A stretch of DNA of 64,000 nt from the human T2T-CHM13v2.0 reference genome, Homo sapiens (GCF_009914755.1 NC_060937.1), one strand, 5' to 3'; shown: positions 1-13,971, numbered from the stretch's first letter. The notes: generated from the letters alone by a model not told the origin. Numbers and translations: made by a program.

Positions 1-257
1 CGGAGTGCAGTGGCACAATCATAGCTCACTGCAGCCTCAAAGCTCTGAGCTCAAGTGATCTTCCCAGCTCAGCCTCCCATGTAGGTGGAACTATAGACAC
101 TAGCCACCACGCCTGGCTAATTAAAACAATTTTTTTTTTAGAGACTGGGGTCTTACTGTGTTGCCCAGACTGGTCTTGAACTCCTGGCCTCAAGTGATCT
201 TCCAGACTCAGTCTCCCAAAGTGCTGAGATGACAGACCTGAGCCACCACACCCAGCC
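1..257 (-). mobile_element. Alu SINE (AluJ-like), cut by window edge
   Basis: Antisense Alu: gagtgcagtggcacaatcatagctcactgcagcctc ... cccaaagtgctgagat ... gagccaccacacccagcc; J-type 'atcatagctcactgcagcc'. Confidence 0.95.
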
Positions 258-289
258 TATTTGTGTCTATTGTATCTGTAAATGGAAAT

Positions 290-692
290 ACTATATAATG
301 CCGCAGTTAGCATGAGAGTACAGATATCTCTTTGACATACTGATTTCATTTCCTTTGGATGTATACCCAGGAGTGGGATTGCTGGATCATATGGTAGTTC
401 TATTTTTAATTTTTTGAGGAGCCTGCATACTGTTTTCATAATGGCTATGCTAATTTACATTTCCACCAACAGTGTACAAGGGTTTCTTTTTCTCCACATC
501 CTTGCCAACATTTCTTGTCTCTTGTCTTTTTGATAAAAGCCATTCTAATGGGTGTGAAGTGATATCTCATTGTGGTTTTGATTTTCATTTCTCTGATGAT
601 TAGTGATTTTGAGCATTTTTTTTCATGTAGCTGTTGGCCATTTGTAAGTCTTCTTTTGAGAAATGTCTATTAAGATATTTTGCCCATTTTTA
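290..692 (-). mobile_element. L1 fragment (ORF2 C-terminal region)
   Basis: ORF 257..439(-) contains 'LKKLKIELPYDPAIPLLGIHPKE', the L1 ORF2 C-terminal motif. Confidence 0.92.
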
Positions 693-1637
693 AATAGAAA
701 AATCCTCTACTTTTGACTTTTCCCTTAACCTTCACCTAAAACCTCTCAATTTGAGATTTAGGTCCAAGGCAAAGAAACCATGTTTTCCTGCTTATGTCTC
801 CATCTTTTTAACGTCTTCTTACCCATCACCATGAGCTTTTCTTTTCCCTTCTGTTTGGTAGAAAATAGTTTTAAGTTATTTCATTCTCCTTCCTGAGGAG
901 TTGCTTTTTCCCTTTCTCTGAGGCCATATTGGTGAAAAGGCTGCAGAGAACCTGATTCATAGGGGAGAATGAATTAAAAATACATTTTAATGTATATAAA
1001 AAACTATCACCATCACGCTTGTAACTATGAGTCACCTTGTCCACCCTTCCACTCCTCACTACTCCAGGGTTCCACAGACCTGAGAGTAGGGACTGTGGTG
1101 AAGAATGACTGGCAGATATACAGCAACTGAAAAGGCACCACGCTTTTATCTCAGTTGCATTACCCTTTGTATATCAGCACTTAAAAAGGGATCTTTTAAA
1201 TAACATCCTTGAATCCTTTTGGGTGGTAGAAGTAAAATTGGGGCTAAGCAAGAATGAAATGGACTTTTAGAAGTTAAAATAGGATGTTGTATGGGCAAAT
1301 GTATGAGGTAGGAAAATAATGTTGTCACTGCTTTGCTATCTCCATTTTCAACAGCTCTCTCAGTGCCTCTGGCATCTCCTTCTTTTGCTATGTACCAGCC
1401 CTGTCACCTAGTCCCTCCCACTATTAATCATTAATGACTTAAGATGTTACCACCTCCTTAATTGTATTTAAAAGTTAAAAAAAACATGCTTTTATTCTTT
1501 CCCATTACAAATAACAATTCATATTCCTTTTAGAAAAATACAGATAAACATAATAAAAGTCACTTACAATCCATTGCCTTGAAACAACTATTACTACCCT
1601 AGTATACATCTTTTATTAAACATTCTTCTACAGATTA

Positions 1638-1956
1638 TTATTATTATTATGGTTATTTTTAATAACCAAAGACCCAAGAGAGGGTCTTGCTCTGCTGCCC
1701 AGGCCCGAGTGCAGTGGCACAATGATAGCTCACTACTACATTGAACCCCTGGGCTCAAGCCATCCTCCCATTTTAGCCTCCTGAGTAGCTGGGACTACGG
1801 GCACATGCCACCATGCTGGGCTAATTTTTTCTTTTTTGCAGGGACAGAGCTTCACTATGTTGACCAGGCTGGTCTAGAACTTCTGGGTTCAAGTGATCCT
1901 CCTGCCTCGGCCTCCCAAAGTTCTGGGATTACAGGCATGAGCCACTGTGTCCAGTC
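1638..1956 (-). mobile_element. AluJ-like with (TTA)n tail
   Basis: Full antisense Alu body 1678-1956; TSD tctaca(g/a)atta at 1627-1637 and 1955-1965. Confidence 0.93.
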
Positions 1957-2414
1957 TACAAATTACTTCAAATGGCTGCAGGGCAGAGGTCACATTCATC
2001 CTTATCAACTGTAAATAGCAATTTATTTGTGGTCAAATAATAACTTCAAAACCATTAGCTAATATTCAGAATCTATTGACAAATGATGGGGAAAATCTTT
2101 TTGTCAGGGAGGTCTTTCTGGTGCACCTCGAATCACTCCATGCCTTTGTTGTTGTTTTGCTTGTCAAACCTGGAAATCTTTTTCCTCTCTTTCACATCTA
2201 TCAAAATCTTTCCTGTCTTTTAGGTCCACCAATGTTTTTACCTGCCCAACCTCCTTTAAACTTGCTTCTCATAGTATTCATCCCTTCCCCTGAATCCTTG
2301 ATCACTTGTACTGCTCATCTAGCACTCATTTGTACATTTTCTCAAATTGTTGCCAAACTGTTTAATGGGTCATATAAGTGTTTAGGGCCAGGAATAACTT
2401 TGGTGATCATCCAG

Positions 2415-2956
2415 TGTCTTATTCTGTTCCTGCTGCTATAATAAAATATTACACACTGGGTAATTTATAAAGAATAGAAATTTATTTCTCATAGTTCTGG
2501 AGGCTGGAAAATCCAAGATCAAAGTACCAGCAGAATTTGGTGTCTGGTGAGGGCTTGCACCTTCTTGCTGCATTCTCACATGGTGGAAGGGGCAAAGGGA
2601 CCAAACTACTCCCTTGAGTCTTTTTATAAGGGCACTAATCCTATCCTTGAGGCAGAGCCCTTATGGCCTAATCATATTGTAAAGGCTGTACCTCTTAATA
2701 TTGTTGCATTGAGGATTAAGTTTCAACATGAATTTTAGAGTGACATTGAACTACTACATGGAACTCCTGGGCTCAAGCCTTCCTCCCACATCACCCTGCT
2801 GAGTAGCTGGGACTACAGGCACATTCTACCATGCCGGGCTAATTTTTTTTGGGTCTCACTACGTTGGCCAGGCTGCTGTCAAACTTCTGGGGTCAAACAA
2901 TCCTCCTACTTGGAGGACACAAACATCAGAGGGACACAAACATTCAAACCATGGCA
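2415..2956 (-). mobile_element. MaLR solo LTR (MSTC/MSTD-like), interrupted at ~2743-2925
   Basis: tgtcttattctg...ctgggtaatttataaagaatagaaatttatttctcatagttctggaggctgg...acaaacattcaaaccatggca; TG...CA ends; 5-bp TSD tccag/cccag. Confidence 0.88.
2751..2912 (-). mobile_element. Internal Alu fragment lacking both ends, inside the MST LTR
   Basis: ctcctgggctcaagc...gagtagctgggactacagg...gttggccaggctg...; no poly(A) tail and no 5' end. Confidence 0.88.
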
Positions 2957-3129
2957 CCCAGCCTATTTAAAAATGAGACCCAGAGATCTTGTGATTACAC
3001 AAGATTCTGTAGCTAAGATTACATCCCTGTTACTCTGACTGTCCCCCTGCCGGCCCCCACCAATCCAGCTTTCACTATCTCATATTGCATCTTTCTCTAC
3101 CCAATTAGCTAGTAAGCCTTAAGCACTAG

Positions 3130-3280
3130 AAGCTATTATTAGCATCATTTCTATTTTAAGGATGAGGAAACTGAGGTGCAGATAGGTCAAATAATTCAAC
3201 TTAAGGTTAAACAGTTTGTAATTGGTGGAAACAGGACTGTACCCAGGCCACTGACTCCAATGTCCATGCTTAATCCTCCT
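3130..3280 (-). mobile_element. MIR
   Basis: MIR core 'attttaaggatgaggaaactgaggtgcaga'. Confidence 0.8.
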
Positions 3281-4984
3281 TGTACCACCTTACCCATGTC
3301 CATCCATACTGTAGCTTCAGAAAGATTAAGACCTTTGGAGGAGAAATAAAGACTGAGTTTGACAATTAGGAAATTGTTAACTTTTGCCAGGGAATTTTCA
3401 ACATAGGAGTAGGATTGGGAGCTAAATTATGACAAATTGAGGGATGAATGGGGAGGTGAGGCAGTGGAGGGCATGAGTACCAAAAACAGGTGGGTACTCA
3501 TGGAAGGGCAGCCATAGGGCGGTGGTTTGATGAGTATGTAGAACTGAGGGAAGGCTTGCTTTAGTGATTGATTTTTTTTGGATGAAGAAGTCTGGAGTTC
3601 ATGAAACATCCTAGAAGAGGAAGGCCAGGATCAACATGCTGATGGATTGACTGGCCCTGGATAGAAGTGGGGTACTTTCTTTTTGAACAAGAAGTGGGGA
3701 AGGTAAGTGGAAGTAAAACTTGAAAGGGATAAAAATTGTGGATGACTGCTTTTTTTTTCTTGGACATTAGGAAGCTGTGTTGTCTTGTGAGGGTCAAGGG
3801 GCTAGGGTTGGGGTAGGGAACTTGAGCAACATGGAACAAATTTGGAAATGCTGCTGTAAGGAAACACAATACAGGAATATGCAGGGCAGAACTGAGGTTT
3901 GAGCTTTAAAACGTAATTTAGATAATCAACATAGTTTTATGATTTTCTTTTCCAACAGTGGCAGAATATTCAGAATTGGAGAAAACAGAGTTGCTGTGGA
4001 ATGTCAAGGGTGAGCAGAAGGACTGGGCAAGAGGGCAAGAGAATGGAGATGTTGAGAGTGTTGTTGAAGCGATTGACTAGGATAGGCTCTGAATTATTGA
4101 TGACCAAGAGTTCAGAACTTGTTACATATAGGTCTATCTCATATGCTTTTGCATTTTTGTCTGTCATATTCTTTGTCTAATGACAAAGAACATACATGCT
4201 TACCTATGCTTTCACATTAAACTACAGAATTCTACTTTGTTTCCCTCCTCAACTCCTCCTGCAAGCCTTAGTCTTGAAGAGGGAAGGGAGGTCTCTACTG
4301 AAGGGCACACTTTACTGTCACAATCACTCAGTGGCAGTGGGTGCATGTTGATGGATGGTAAAGGGAGTGAGAATTTTTTCCAGCCACTTGTGGAAACCCT
4401 AGGGTGTTGAGTCACCGTCTTCAAGATGGAGGGAGAGAGCATGTCTTTCAGTGGATGCCAGCAGTGACATCACGGTCAGAATGCACTCTTGCTGGATCAA
4501 ACAGCCCTGAGAGGAAGCATGGGGCCTCATTTTTATGAGACCAACTGGGAATAGCCATGGTTCTTATCATGTGCCACCTGCCATCAGCTGTTTTCTCTCC
4601 ACTTGGTTCCAACCAATCTATCACACTTATTAAAGTTCAGCACTTATATCACCATTATAGCATTGCTTACAATTTTAGGCCTAGAGGATTTTACTAATTT
4701 AATCAGTAGCCTGATGATCAAAGGGAGGGAGTTCATTGCATGGGCACTGAGCCAAAGAAACAGTCTTATGAGGATTTTCTCAGCATTTCCTCTGGCCACA
4801 GGTATGGAAGGAAGAACATCAGGAAGGATTGATAAATTTGGAATAAAAGCAAGCATTGAGAGGTTGGACATTTGATGAGGCCAAGGAAGAGGTTTGGTGG
4901 AAGAGGTCAAGGCAAGAGTGTATGGTCAGAGACCGGGAGTTTCAGGGTTTATATTTCAGATGTGTTCTGAGGCTGTGCTATAAA

Positions 4985-5200
4985 GAGAGGAGAGCATGGA
5001 CTTGGGAGTCTGAGCAGCAGGTTTAGAATCCTAGCCCCTATCTAGTCATTATCTCTGTGACACTGGGCCATCTCTACCTAGGAGTGCTATAGCCTGACTT
5101 TACATTATCTGTGAGGGTTACGGAAAATGATGTGAATTTACTAGCATGGTGCCTGCCACTTGGCAAGTTCTGATATATAGTCATGACTATTGTTATTATT
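4985..5200 (+). mobile_element. MIR (diverged)
   Basis: agagcatggacttgggagtc...gaatcctagcc...ctgtgacactgggc...agcatggtgcctg. Confidence 0.55.
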
Positions 5201-5800
5201 GCAGGGTGTGGCCTCAGGAATGGGTTACCAAAGATGAAGATGGCCATATGGAAACAGAGGAAATGAGATTGGCTAAGTCATCAACATGAATGTTGAAATT
5301 ACCCCATTAACTGGCAAGAGTCCAGGAAACGGCAAACCAGATATTAAGGCTCTCAGGCACACTGTGGGAGAGGATGGGAAAGTGATGGTGTTACAGGATA
5401 GCCTGTAGTTCAAAAGAAGAGACTACTGAGGAAGGCAAGAACAGCAATATTTTGGAAAAGACAATGAAGAGTGAGAGGGATGGCCTTGTGATGGGGCAGG
5501 CCTGGAGGAATGTGTGGCCTCTATGTCTCTACATCACTCAAAGGTCTATCTACTCCAAACTCCAGGACCGGGCCAGTTCAGATGCTCATCCTGCCTCTCA
5601 AATGTTTTGGTTTTTGTTTTTCTTCTCTGCTGCAGGCTCCTGGGATAGAGTCTACTTTTCTTTCCTTTTAACAGTTGCCAATACTCCTTCTTGCCCTTAG
5701 GTTTCTGGTCTCCTCAAAATTAGCTGTAGAGTGGGACACATTTACCTGGTTACCCTTCACTTTTCTTTATTGACCTTGAAGACTAGCAAATACCATTAAC

Positions 5801-6074
<274 letters not shown>

Positions 6075-6084
6075 CCATTAACTT

Positions 6085-6320
6085 AAAAAAAATTGTTGTA
6101 AAATATGCATAACATAAAATATACCATTTTAACCCTTTGTAAGCATACAGTTGAGTGGCATCAAGTACATTCACATTATTGGGCAACCATCCCCACCATC
6201 CATCTCCAACACTCTTTTCATCTTGTAAAGCTGAAACTCTGTACCCATTAAACACTAACTTCCCATTATCTACTTTGCCAGCCCCTGGCAACCACTGTTT
6301 TACTTTGTCTCTATGATTCT
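6085..6320 (-). mobile_element. L1MB-like 3' end
   Basis: aacataaaatataccattttaacc...agtacattcacatt...ctgaaactctgtacccattaaacac...gcccctggcaaccac. Confidence 0.88.
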
Positions 6321-6847
6321 GTATGATTTCTTTCTCTATTTAATTTTTGTTTTAAAGATTTAAGAGCTATTTACTACAAACGAGTGAACAGAGAGGAGAG
6401 CAAAAAGAACAAGTGCAGAAGGCAGCAATGGTAGCCTTGTGTTGTAGGAGCTCCTCCTTTCTTACTTCTCTAGGTGTTTATTGCCAATACAGTGATACAG
6501 AATTTCAGGAAATGTAGACTTGTCTGTTATTCAGGGACAGGTTGGGGATGTCTTGGCTGCCGCAGGACTGTATCGACCCCGCCACCCCTAACTCTTGCAG
6601 TCAAAAGATACCCAGGCCTCCAGCTCTGATCCCATTCATCAGGCCAGTCTTTGCCAGAGATAGAGGACCCTGGATGATGACATGATGATTCTGTTCTTCC
6701 TCAAGGGCCTCCTGCCTTGAAAGTCTTCCTTAGGCAGAACCCACATAGGATCATGATGGATTTGGGTGGTTGATGTACCTGCTTGGTATAGAAGGATCAA
6801 GGGTTATGACTTTATCCAACATACTCATTATCTAATTCCCCACAGAT

Positions 6848-6907
6848 AGATATATTTCTTTGGGAGAAAACATGCTCAGATATACTTCTTTGGGAGAAGA
6901 CATGCTG
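6848..6907. repeat. 30-bp tandem duplication
   Basis: agatatatttctttgggagaaaacatgctc / agatatacttctttgggagaagacatgctg. Confidence 0.93.
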
Positions 6908-7400
6908 TCCCTCTTGGCTGGAGCTGGAGCTCCCCCATCCCGTGCCTCTCTTTCTTGCTCACGCCCAATCCTTCTCTCCTCTTTCCAGCCCCCTCTTTCA
7001 AGCTCCCTGTCCTGCTGACCTATGCTTTCTCTTGGGAAGGACTGTCCCCATCCTCTGGAGGGACATCCTGCTGCTGTATCCCTTCTTATGTCTTGCACAC
7101 TTGAGCTCATCAGGCTTTCTGGCAGCTAATGGAATACCCTTCCTTGGGGGATGGGGTGACCTCTGGGCCTTAATGCTTGGAAGGGGCTTGCTGGCCTCTG
7201 GAGGTGGGAACTCCAGTGCCTTCTCTCTTGTGGCCTGGGTGGGCTTGCTTGAGCTGGACTCTGAGGAGCACTGGCGGCAGCTCTCATGTCGTCTCTGAAA
7301 GGCTGAGCTAGCCCTGTCTGGCAGAGGCCTTCACTTCACAGCACTCTGTTCTGTCTTGTATCTCTAGGATCAGACTTCTGTGTGTGTGAGAGAAATGTTT

Positions 7401-7503
7401 AGAGCTTCCCTGTTTGCTGAGGAATAAAATTGAAAATGATTGCAGCTCAGCTCTATATTCTGAAATCACAGCCAATCTGATAGAGCCATTTTTAAATTCA
7501 GAC
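7401..7503 (+). repeat. Dispersed direct duplication, copy A (partner 8641-8741)
   Basis: Manual alignment: 5 substitutions + 2 single-base gaps over ~103 bp. Confidence 0.95.
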
Positions 7504-8227
7504 GCTGCTTTTTTAATAGTCAGGCACTGACATATTTTAATTCTCCCTTACCGAAGTGAAAAGGCACAAGCAGATTAAGAATTTATGGTTTAAACAACAA
7601 AATAAAACAATGTGTTGGCAGCATTATACTCCCTAGAATTTCACACATTTAATTTTGTTATTTTTACTTTCTTGTATCAGGCCTGTTAAATCCTGGAAGG
7701 AGAGCAGACATTTGAGAAATTTTTTTTCCTGTTCTGTTTGGAATTCATTTCCCTTAGTGTGACAGTTGAGATAAGCTATTTGGACTGCCTCCAGGGAGTG
7801 CTCCAGAGGTGGGCAGGGAGGAGGCCTCCTGGTTCCATGACTAAGGTATGGCTGCGTTGGGAGCTCGGCTCAGCCATCCCTAGTGAAATACAGTGGAAAG
7901 CGGCAGCTGGAATCAGATCCACAAGGAATAGCCTGAGTTCTCCAGACCAAAGTTATATTTTTTAGGTTTGCCTAGCTGTTTAAACCAAGTCACAGGCAGG
8001 GCTATGGTAGTCATTCCTAGGTATCATCCCAGTGGGACTTGTGTACCTGGGATCCGATGGTGGGACTGCTGGCTCTGGAGGGCTAGCTGGTCAGAACTTC
8101 TGATGTCTGCTTTGGGCATCAAGTGGGAACATTTCCTGTATCTCACATGGGCTGGCAGATGCTTCCATTTACCACTCTGTATTTTTGCTGAAATAATTAT
8201 ACCTGACGTCACATACGAGGCTTCCTT

Positions 8228-8445
8228 GCCTAGAACAGTGGTTAGAGCAGGAGCCTGTGTAGTTGCCTGCCTGGGCTTAGAGACTGGTTTTACTCCCTAA
8301 TTGGCAAATTACTTAGCCCTTTGGTGGCTCTCTTTTTCCATTTATGAAAGAGGGATAACAGCAGCCACTGTTTAAGCTTGTAAGGATGAAATGAGTTAAT
8401 ACTTAAAAAGTGCCGAGACATTGAAAATGTTCAATAAAGCTGCAA
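8228..8445 (+). mobile_element. MIR
   Basis: agtggttagagc...ggcaaattacttagcc...gtaaggatgaaatgagttaatac...tcaataaa. Confidence 0.75.
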
Positions 8446-8640
8446 TTACCACGACATCTTAAAAGCACTCGAGAGACAAAGCTCTGGCTAAAATTGTTAT
8501 TTCTGTGTTAGGCAAAATGTTGGGACAGGCTAAGCATGACCTTGAGTCCTTTTGGATGTGCTGTCTTGTGACCCTCTTCTTGGTGGCATCTCTCCCTCTC
8601 CCTCCAACCTGGGGTAGTGACACTTTTCGTCCTCCTGGAA

Positions 8641-8741
8641 AGAGCTCCCGTTTGCTGAGGAATAAAATGGAAAACTATTGCAGCTCAGCTCTATATTCTG
8701 ATATCACAGCCAATCTGATAGAGCCATTTTTAAGTTCAGAC
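8641..8741 (+). repeat. Dispersed direct duplication, copy B (partner 7401-7503)
   Basis: gtttgctgaggaataaaat...tgcagctcagctctatattctga...cacagccaatctgatagagccattttt. Confidence 0.95.
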
Positions 8742-9432
8742 ACTCAGATGGCCAGCACCCTGAGATGCAAATTTCCCAGGGACACACATTTTAACAAGGA
8801 CAAAAGGATGAGTGAGGTTGAGGAAAGCATTTAGGGGACAGCCTAATGGCTTCACAGGTCCCTGACTATGCTTTAGATCCCTGAGAGTGGGGACAGTCAC
8901 TCAGAGCCATCAAGTAACACCAAAATGCACTTTACTGAAGTCATTTGCCCCATAAATTCTGCCAAGTAGAGATTCTTTGGCTTACAAACTCCTCGGGCAT
9001 TATATACACTTTTGTGTAAATTGCTTGAGGTATTCAGATTGCTTTCTTCTGAAAATCTAGCAACGATCCCATTCTGAAGGCCCAGGAGTTTTGTTTGTGG
9101 ATCAAGGAGAAATGAAGTGGCAGAGGGTGCATTTTGTTTGGAACATGTGGTTCTCTGGGGGAGGCTGGCTTGGCTTGGATAGGGTGCTGGAGTAGGGGCT
9201 GTGGCTGAGGGCAGCATGGGGGCCTTGTGTATCTGAGGGCAGAGGAGAGGCAAAGGGAAATGGAGCTGGAGTGCAAAGGGAGGGGAAGGCCTGTCAAAGG
9301 CAACACATAGTAGAGTGACTGTCTTTGAACAGCTTCGTGTCAGACCTTAGCCCTTTCGCCTAATAGCTCTGCGAGCAAATTATTTCATTTCCCAGTGATA
9401 GGAATTTTTCTATTCTGGGTCCTAAACAAATA

Positions 9433-9727
9433 GCTGCCTGATGTGGTGGCTCACTCCTGTAATCCTAGCATTTTGAAAGGCCAAAGTGGGGAGAGCTCTT
9501 GAACCCAGGAGTTTGAGACTAACCTGAGCAACATAATGAGACCTTGAGTCTACAAAAAAAAAAAAAAAAAAAAAAATTGTTGAGCATGTGCCTGTAGTCC
9601 CAGCTACTTGTAAGGCTGAGGTGTGTGATCACTTGAACCTGGGAGGCAGAGGTTGCAGTGAGCTGTGATTGCTCCACTGTACTCAAATCTGGGCGACAGA
9701 GTGAGACCTGATCTCAAAGAAAAAAAA

Positions 9728-9758
<31 letters not shown>

Positions 9759-9761
9759 AAA
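9433..9761 (+). mobile_element. AluJ-like with expanded central A-tract and (AAAT)n tail
   Basis: gtggtggctcactcctgtaatcc...long A run ~9554-9576...gggcgacagagtgagacc, then (aaat)n. Confidence 0.93.
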
Positions 9762-9897
9762 TCTGATGCTACGATTTGATTTCTGTGGCTTAACATTTTT
9801 TGTCTTCAAACAGACCAGGATTTTGGAAAGTGAATTATTTTATTTTTTCAGTGTTTCACACCTTTCTTCTTTCTGATGTTAAAGGGGGCTAAAGAGA

Positions 9898-10323
9898 TGC
9901 ATTGGTTTGCTCAGGCTGCCACAAAGTACCAAACTGGGTGGTTTGGAACTACAGAAATGTATTGTCTTACAGTTCTGGAGGCCAGAAGTCTAAATCAGAG
10001 CATTGGCAGGATTGCTTCCTTCTGAGGACTGTGAGGGAGAAATGTGTTCTGTGCCTCTCTTCGTTTCTGGTGGTTATCTTCTTTCTGTGTTTCTTCACAT
10101 CATCTTACTTCTATATGTGTATGTCTCTGTGTCCAAATTCTCCATTTTTTATAAGGACACCAGTCACACTGGGTCATACTGGCCCTCTCTACTCCAATAT
10201 GACATCATCCTAACTTAACTAATTGCTTCTGCAATGGCCCTATTTCCAAATAAGGTCACATTCTGACTGGAGGTTAGGACTTTGACATATGGATTTTTGG
10301 GAGACACAATTCAAATCACAACA
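9898..10323 (-). mobile_element. MLT1-family MaLR solo LTR
   Basis: cagttctggaggccagaagtc...taaggacaccagtca...ccctatttccaaataaggtcacattctga...gacacaattcaa..caaca. Confidence 0.9.
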
Positions 10324-11199
10324 GGGAATTTGGAAGAAGTCAGGGTAATTTGACACTTTTTTTTTTTCTCAGTCAGAAAGGGGAGGATCATCTCTGTGCA
10401 TCAGGGCTTATACAATAAGAACCAGTTTTCTCCAGATTCTGTTCCTTAGTTGGAGGCCAAATCAACAGATGTCATATGTTTCCATCCTTCCCCCTAAGGT
10501 GTCTGTTGCATATATAGCTGCCATTTGATAATCTCATCATCTGCATGTATTTTGAGAATGCAGTGGCTATGATAATTCTCTGCGTGCTAAGGTTTTATCT
10601 GATGATGACTGCAAGAATTATTTCCCCATGGGTCAGTCCCCTTGGGGTAGTTGTATAATTACTTGCCTAATTAATGTATAAACATAATTTAACACTGCTA
10701 AATGTCAGATGATAGGATAAATATTTGGGGCTATCTTTACTAGCATCTCCATTGTATGGACCAATGTCGTAGACTATATTGAGTGAATCTAACACCATCC
10801 CTGGTGCTCCAAAAGCAGCCATTTCTTCTCACTTGTACTTTTGACCCAGGGGTTCTTGGGCTCATTCACACACAAAATTATACATTTGAAAGTAGGGCAT
10901 TAAGCAGACTGCAGAGAAAGGAAGGGCTTTTCAGTTTACTCGTCGCTTCTAGTTGGCTAAGGGCATCTTATTTGAGTAAATATGGGTGTGGTCATAAGGC
11001 TTCTGATTTGAAGAGGATGCCTGGTGCCCACAAGAAACCCAAAAACCCTGGAAAACTAAGTTTAGAATGCTAAGTTTAAGAAGTCATGCTGCAGAAAAGA
11101 GTATGGAAGAATCACTCAAAAATGTATCTGATTCTATCTTATTATACACTTCTTACCAATGAAAAACTCCTTCTAATGAGTGGAACATCAAATTTTGAA

Positions 11200-11925
<726 letters not shown>

Positions 11926-13971
11926 GATATGAAAATTGCCTTTGGAATCTCTTGATGGACACTTGACATCTGGAAGATTTGGTTTTCCCAATTCCATAGT
12001 TCTTGAACAGTTGGCCCCATTTTAGACTCTGACATAATAAACCTCCACACTTTTGATGAAGAAGCTTACATTTGATAAAGCTTAAGGATGACCTTTTGCT
12101 ACCAAAACAGTTTAATGCCCATTCTACCCAGTCAGCCCTGTTCTTCCCTAGGTTGCTGACTTTGATTAAATTCATGGGTCTGAGTCCATCTGGATGAGTC
12201 CAGAGCAGTCTACCTAGTTTTCAAAAAAGATCAATACCTCACCATCTGCTTGTGAGATTTTTGAAGCATATGGATCAGCTCAGAGCACCAGCATTCCAGG
12301 CCCTGCAAGAGCAAACCATCTTGAATTGTCTGCTCTTCATCACTTTCATCAAAGGTTGGCTGAGAAACGTGATATTTATGGAAGATGGTTTAGAATACAT
12401 CCTTTCCGCTAGACACTACAAGTTCTATGCTTGAATCAAGCCAAACTGACAGAAATTTCCATTCTTGGAATATGTGTCTAAGCTGCTCCTGAAATTAAAT
12501 ATTCATTGGTTGCATTTTAGTAAAACAGGAGGTTTATTAAAAGGCCACAATGGTGTTATCTCACAGAACTCTCTGGAAGAAAGTCCCTAGGCCTCAAGGA
12601 GACCAGGAAGAGGACCCGAAGGTCAGAAGGATGTCTGTCTCCACCTTTAGTTTCTGCTTCTCCGTGTTTCAAATTTGTTCAGCTCTCTCTTTGCAGAGCC
12701 AGCCTTCTGAGCATCCCTGATCCTGTAACTACATGTCCACAAGTAGAACAAACAAGGTGGCTAGGGTACCCTCTTTCCCAAGATTGGCCAGGGTAGGGGA
12801 GAGAAGCAGGTGATGGGGGGATTGGGAATGGTGTTCAGAGAAAGAGCATCTATTACATTATAGAACTTTGAAAGAAAAAATTGTTGTCATATTTTTCTCA
12901 TTTATCGGGCATAGACTATGAGATAAAATCTTATTTTATTTACTTTTATTTTATTTACTTCTATCTACTCTGACCACCCTTGGAGGTTATCTATATTTGT
13001 ATTACCCGGAATTTCCTTTACTAGAAGTTCTTGCCTTTGGGATAACCATTATTGTGCTCTAGATTTTTTATTCAACAATTTGTTGAGAAACAGATATAGA
13101 ATACCTTTTACTAAATCTTATTTCTGTAGGAATGGTGTTGAGAGGGCTGTCAGTGATATCGCTGAATATTCTCCAAAAGTTTCAAGGACAAAATTGCTTT
13201 AAAACATTGAATTAAATATTAAATTAGAAAGTTCAGCATAATTGATAGTTTCTTTTCTCTGTGATTCAGAGACAAATATTATGTTCAAATGTAGCTGTTA
13301 TCCTAGGCTCCCTTGTTGCATATAATTTGTGTTTTTCTTTTTCTTGGTCTAAAATTACCACTCTTACTTATATTTTCCCTAGTCCTGATGCTCTCTTCTT
13401 ATTATATTTTATCAATTATTGCACATATTTTTATTGGAAGTACCTCAAATCCTTAGGAGGGAGGCCAGTCATAAATAAAGGCCAAGTTATTAATATCCAA
13501 TAAGAATTTAATCTCTGTCTCTCTCATCTACCTATTCATCTATCTGCTTTAAGTTGGTTTTCTAAATTGCTGCTTCTTGTAATCTAATCTAGAGGCGTTA
13601 GTAATGCAGAAATGTCATATAGGGATAGACACAGGGGAGATGTAAGGGAACTGTTTTTACTGCCCTGCTTCTAACATGATATATTAATAGCAGCTCTTTA
13701 CAATACCTGTCCATAAGCTTGGTGATCAGTGTATGTATTTCTGTGCATGGTTTTTATGTGTAAAACTGAATTAACAGATAAAATGTCTCATATTGACAGA
13801 AGTCTGTCTATGTGATAAAATAAAATCTACTTGATGCTCAGTTTGTTAATTCATATGATGCCTTTTAAATTACTCTATTATTTTAATATAAAACTGGAAT
13901 TTTTTACTATAAAACTGGAATATATGAGTGTGTGTGTATCTGTGGCATATATACAAGTAGGTTGTATTCTA

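Noticed and set aside
4603-4910. Overlapping opposite-strand ORFs of ~90 aa with hydrophobic stretches
   Set aside because: Non-ATG starts, no recognisable domain or splice context; lengths within chance range.
6474-6540. Plus-strand exon candidate after a strong pyrimidine tract
   Set aside because: Donor GTTGGG is weak and there is no supporting coding signal.
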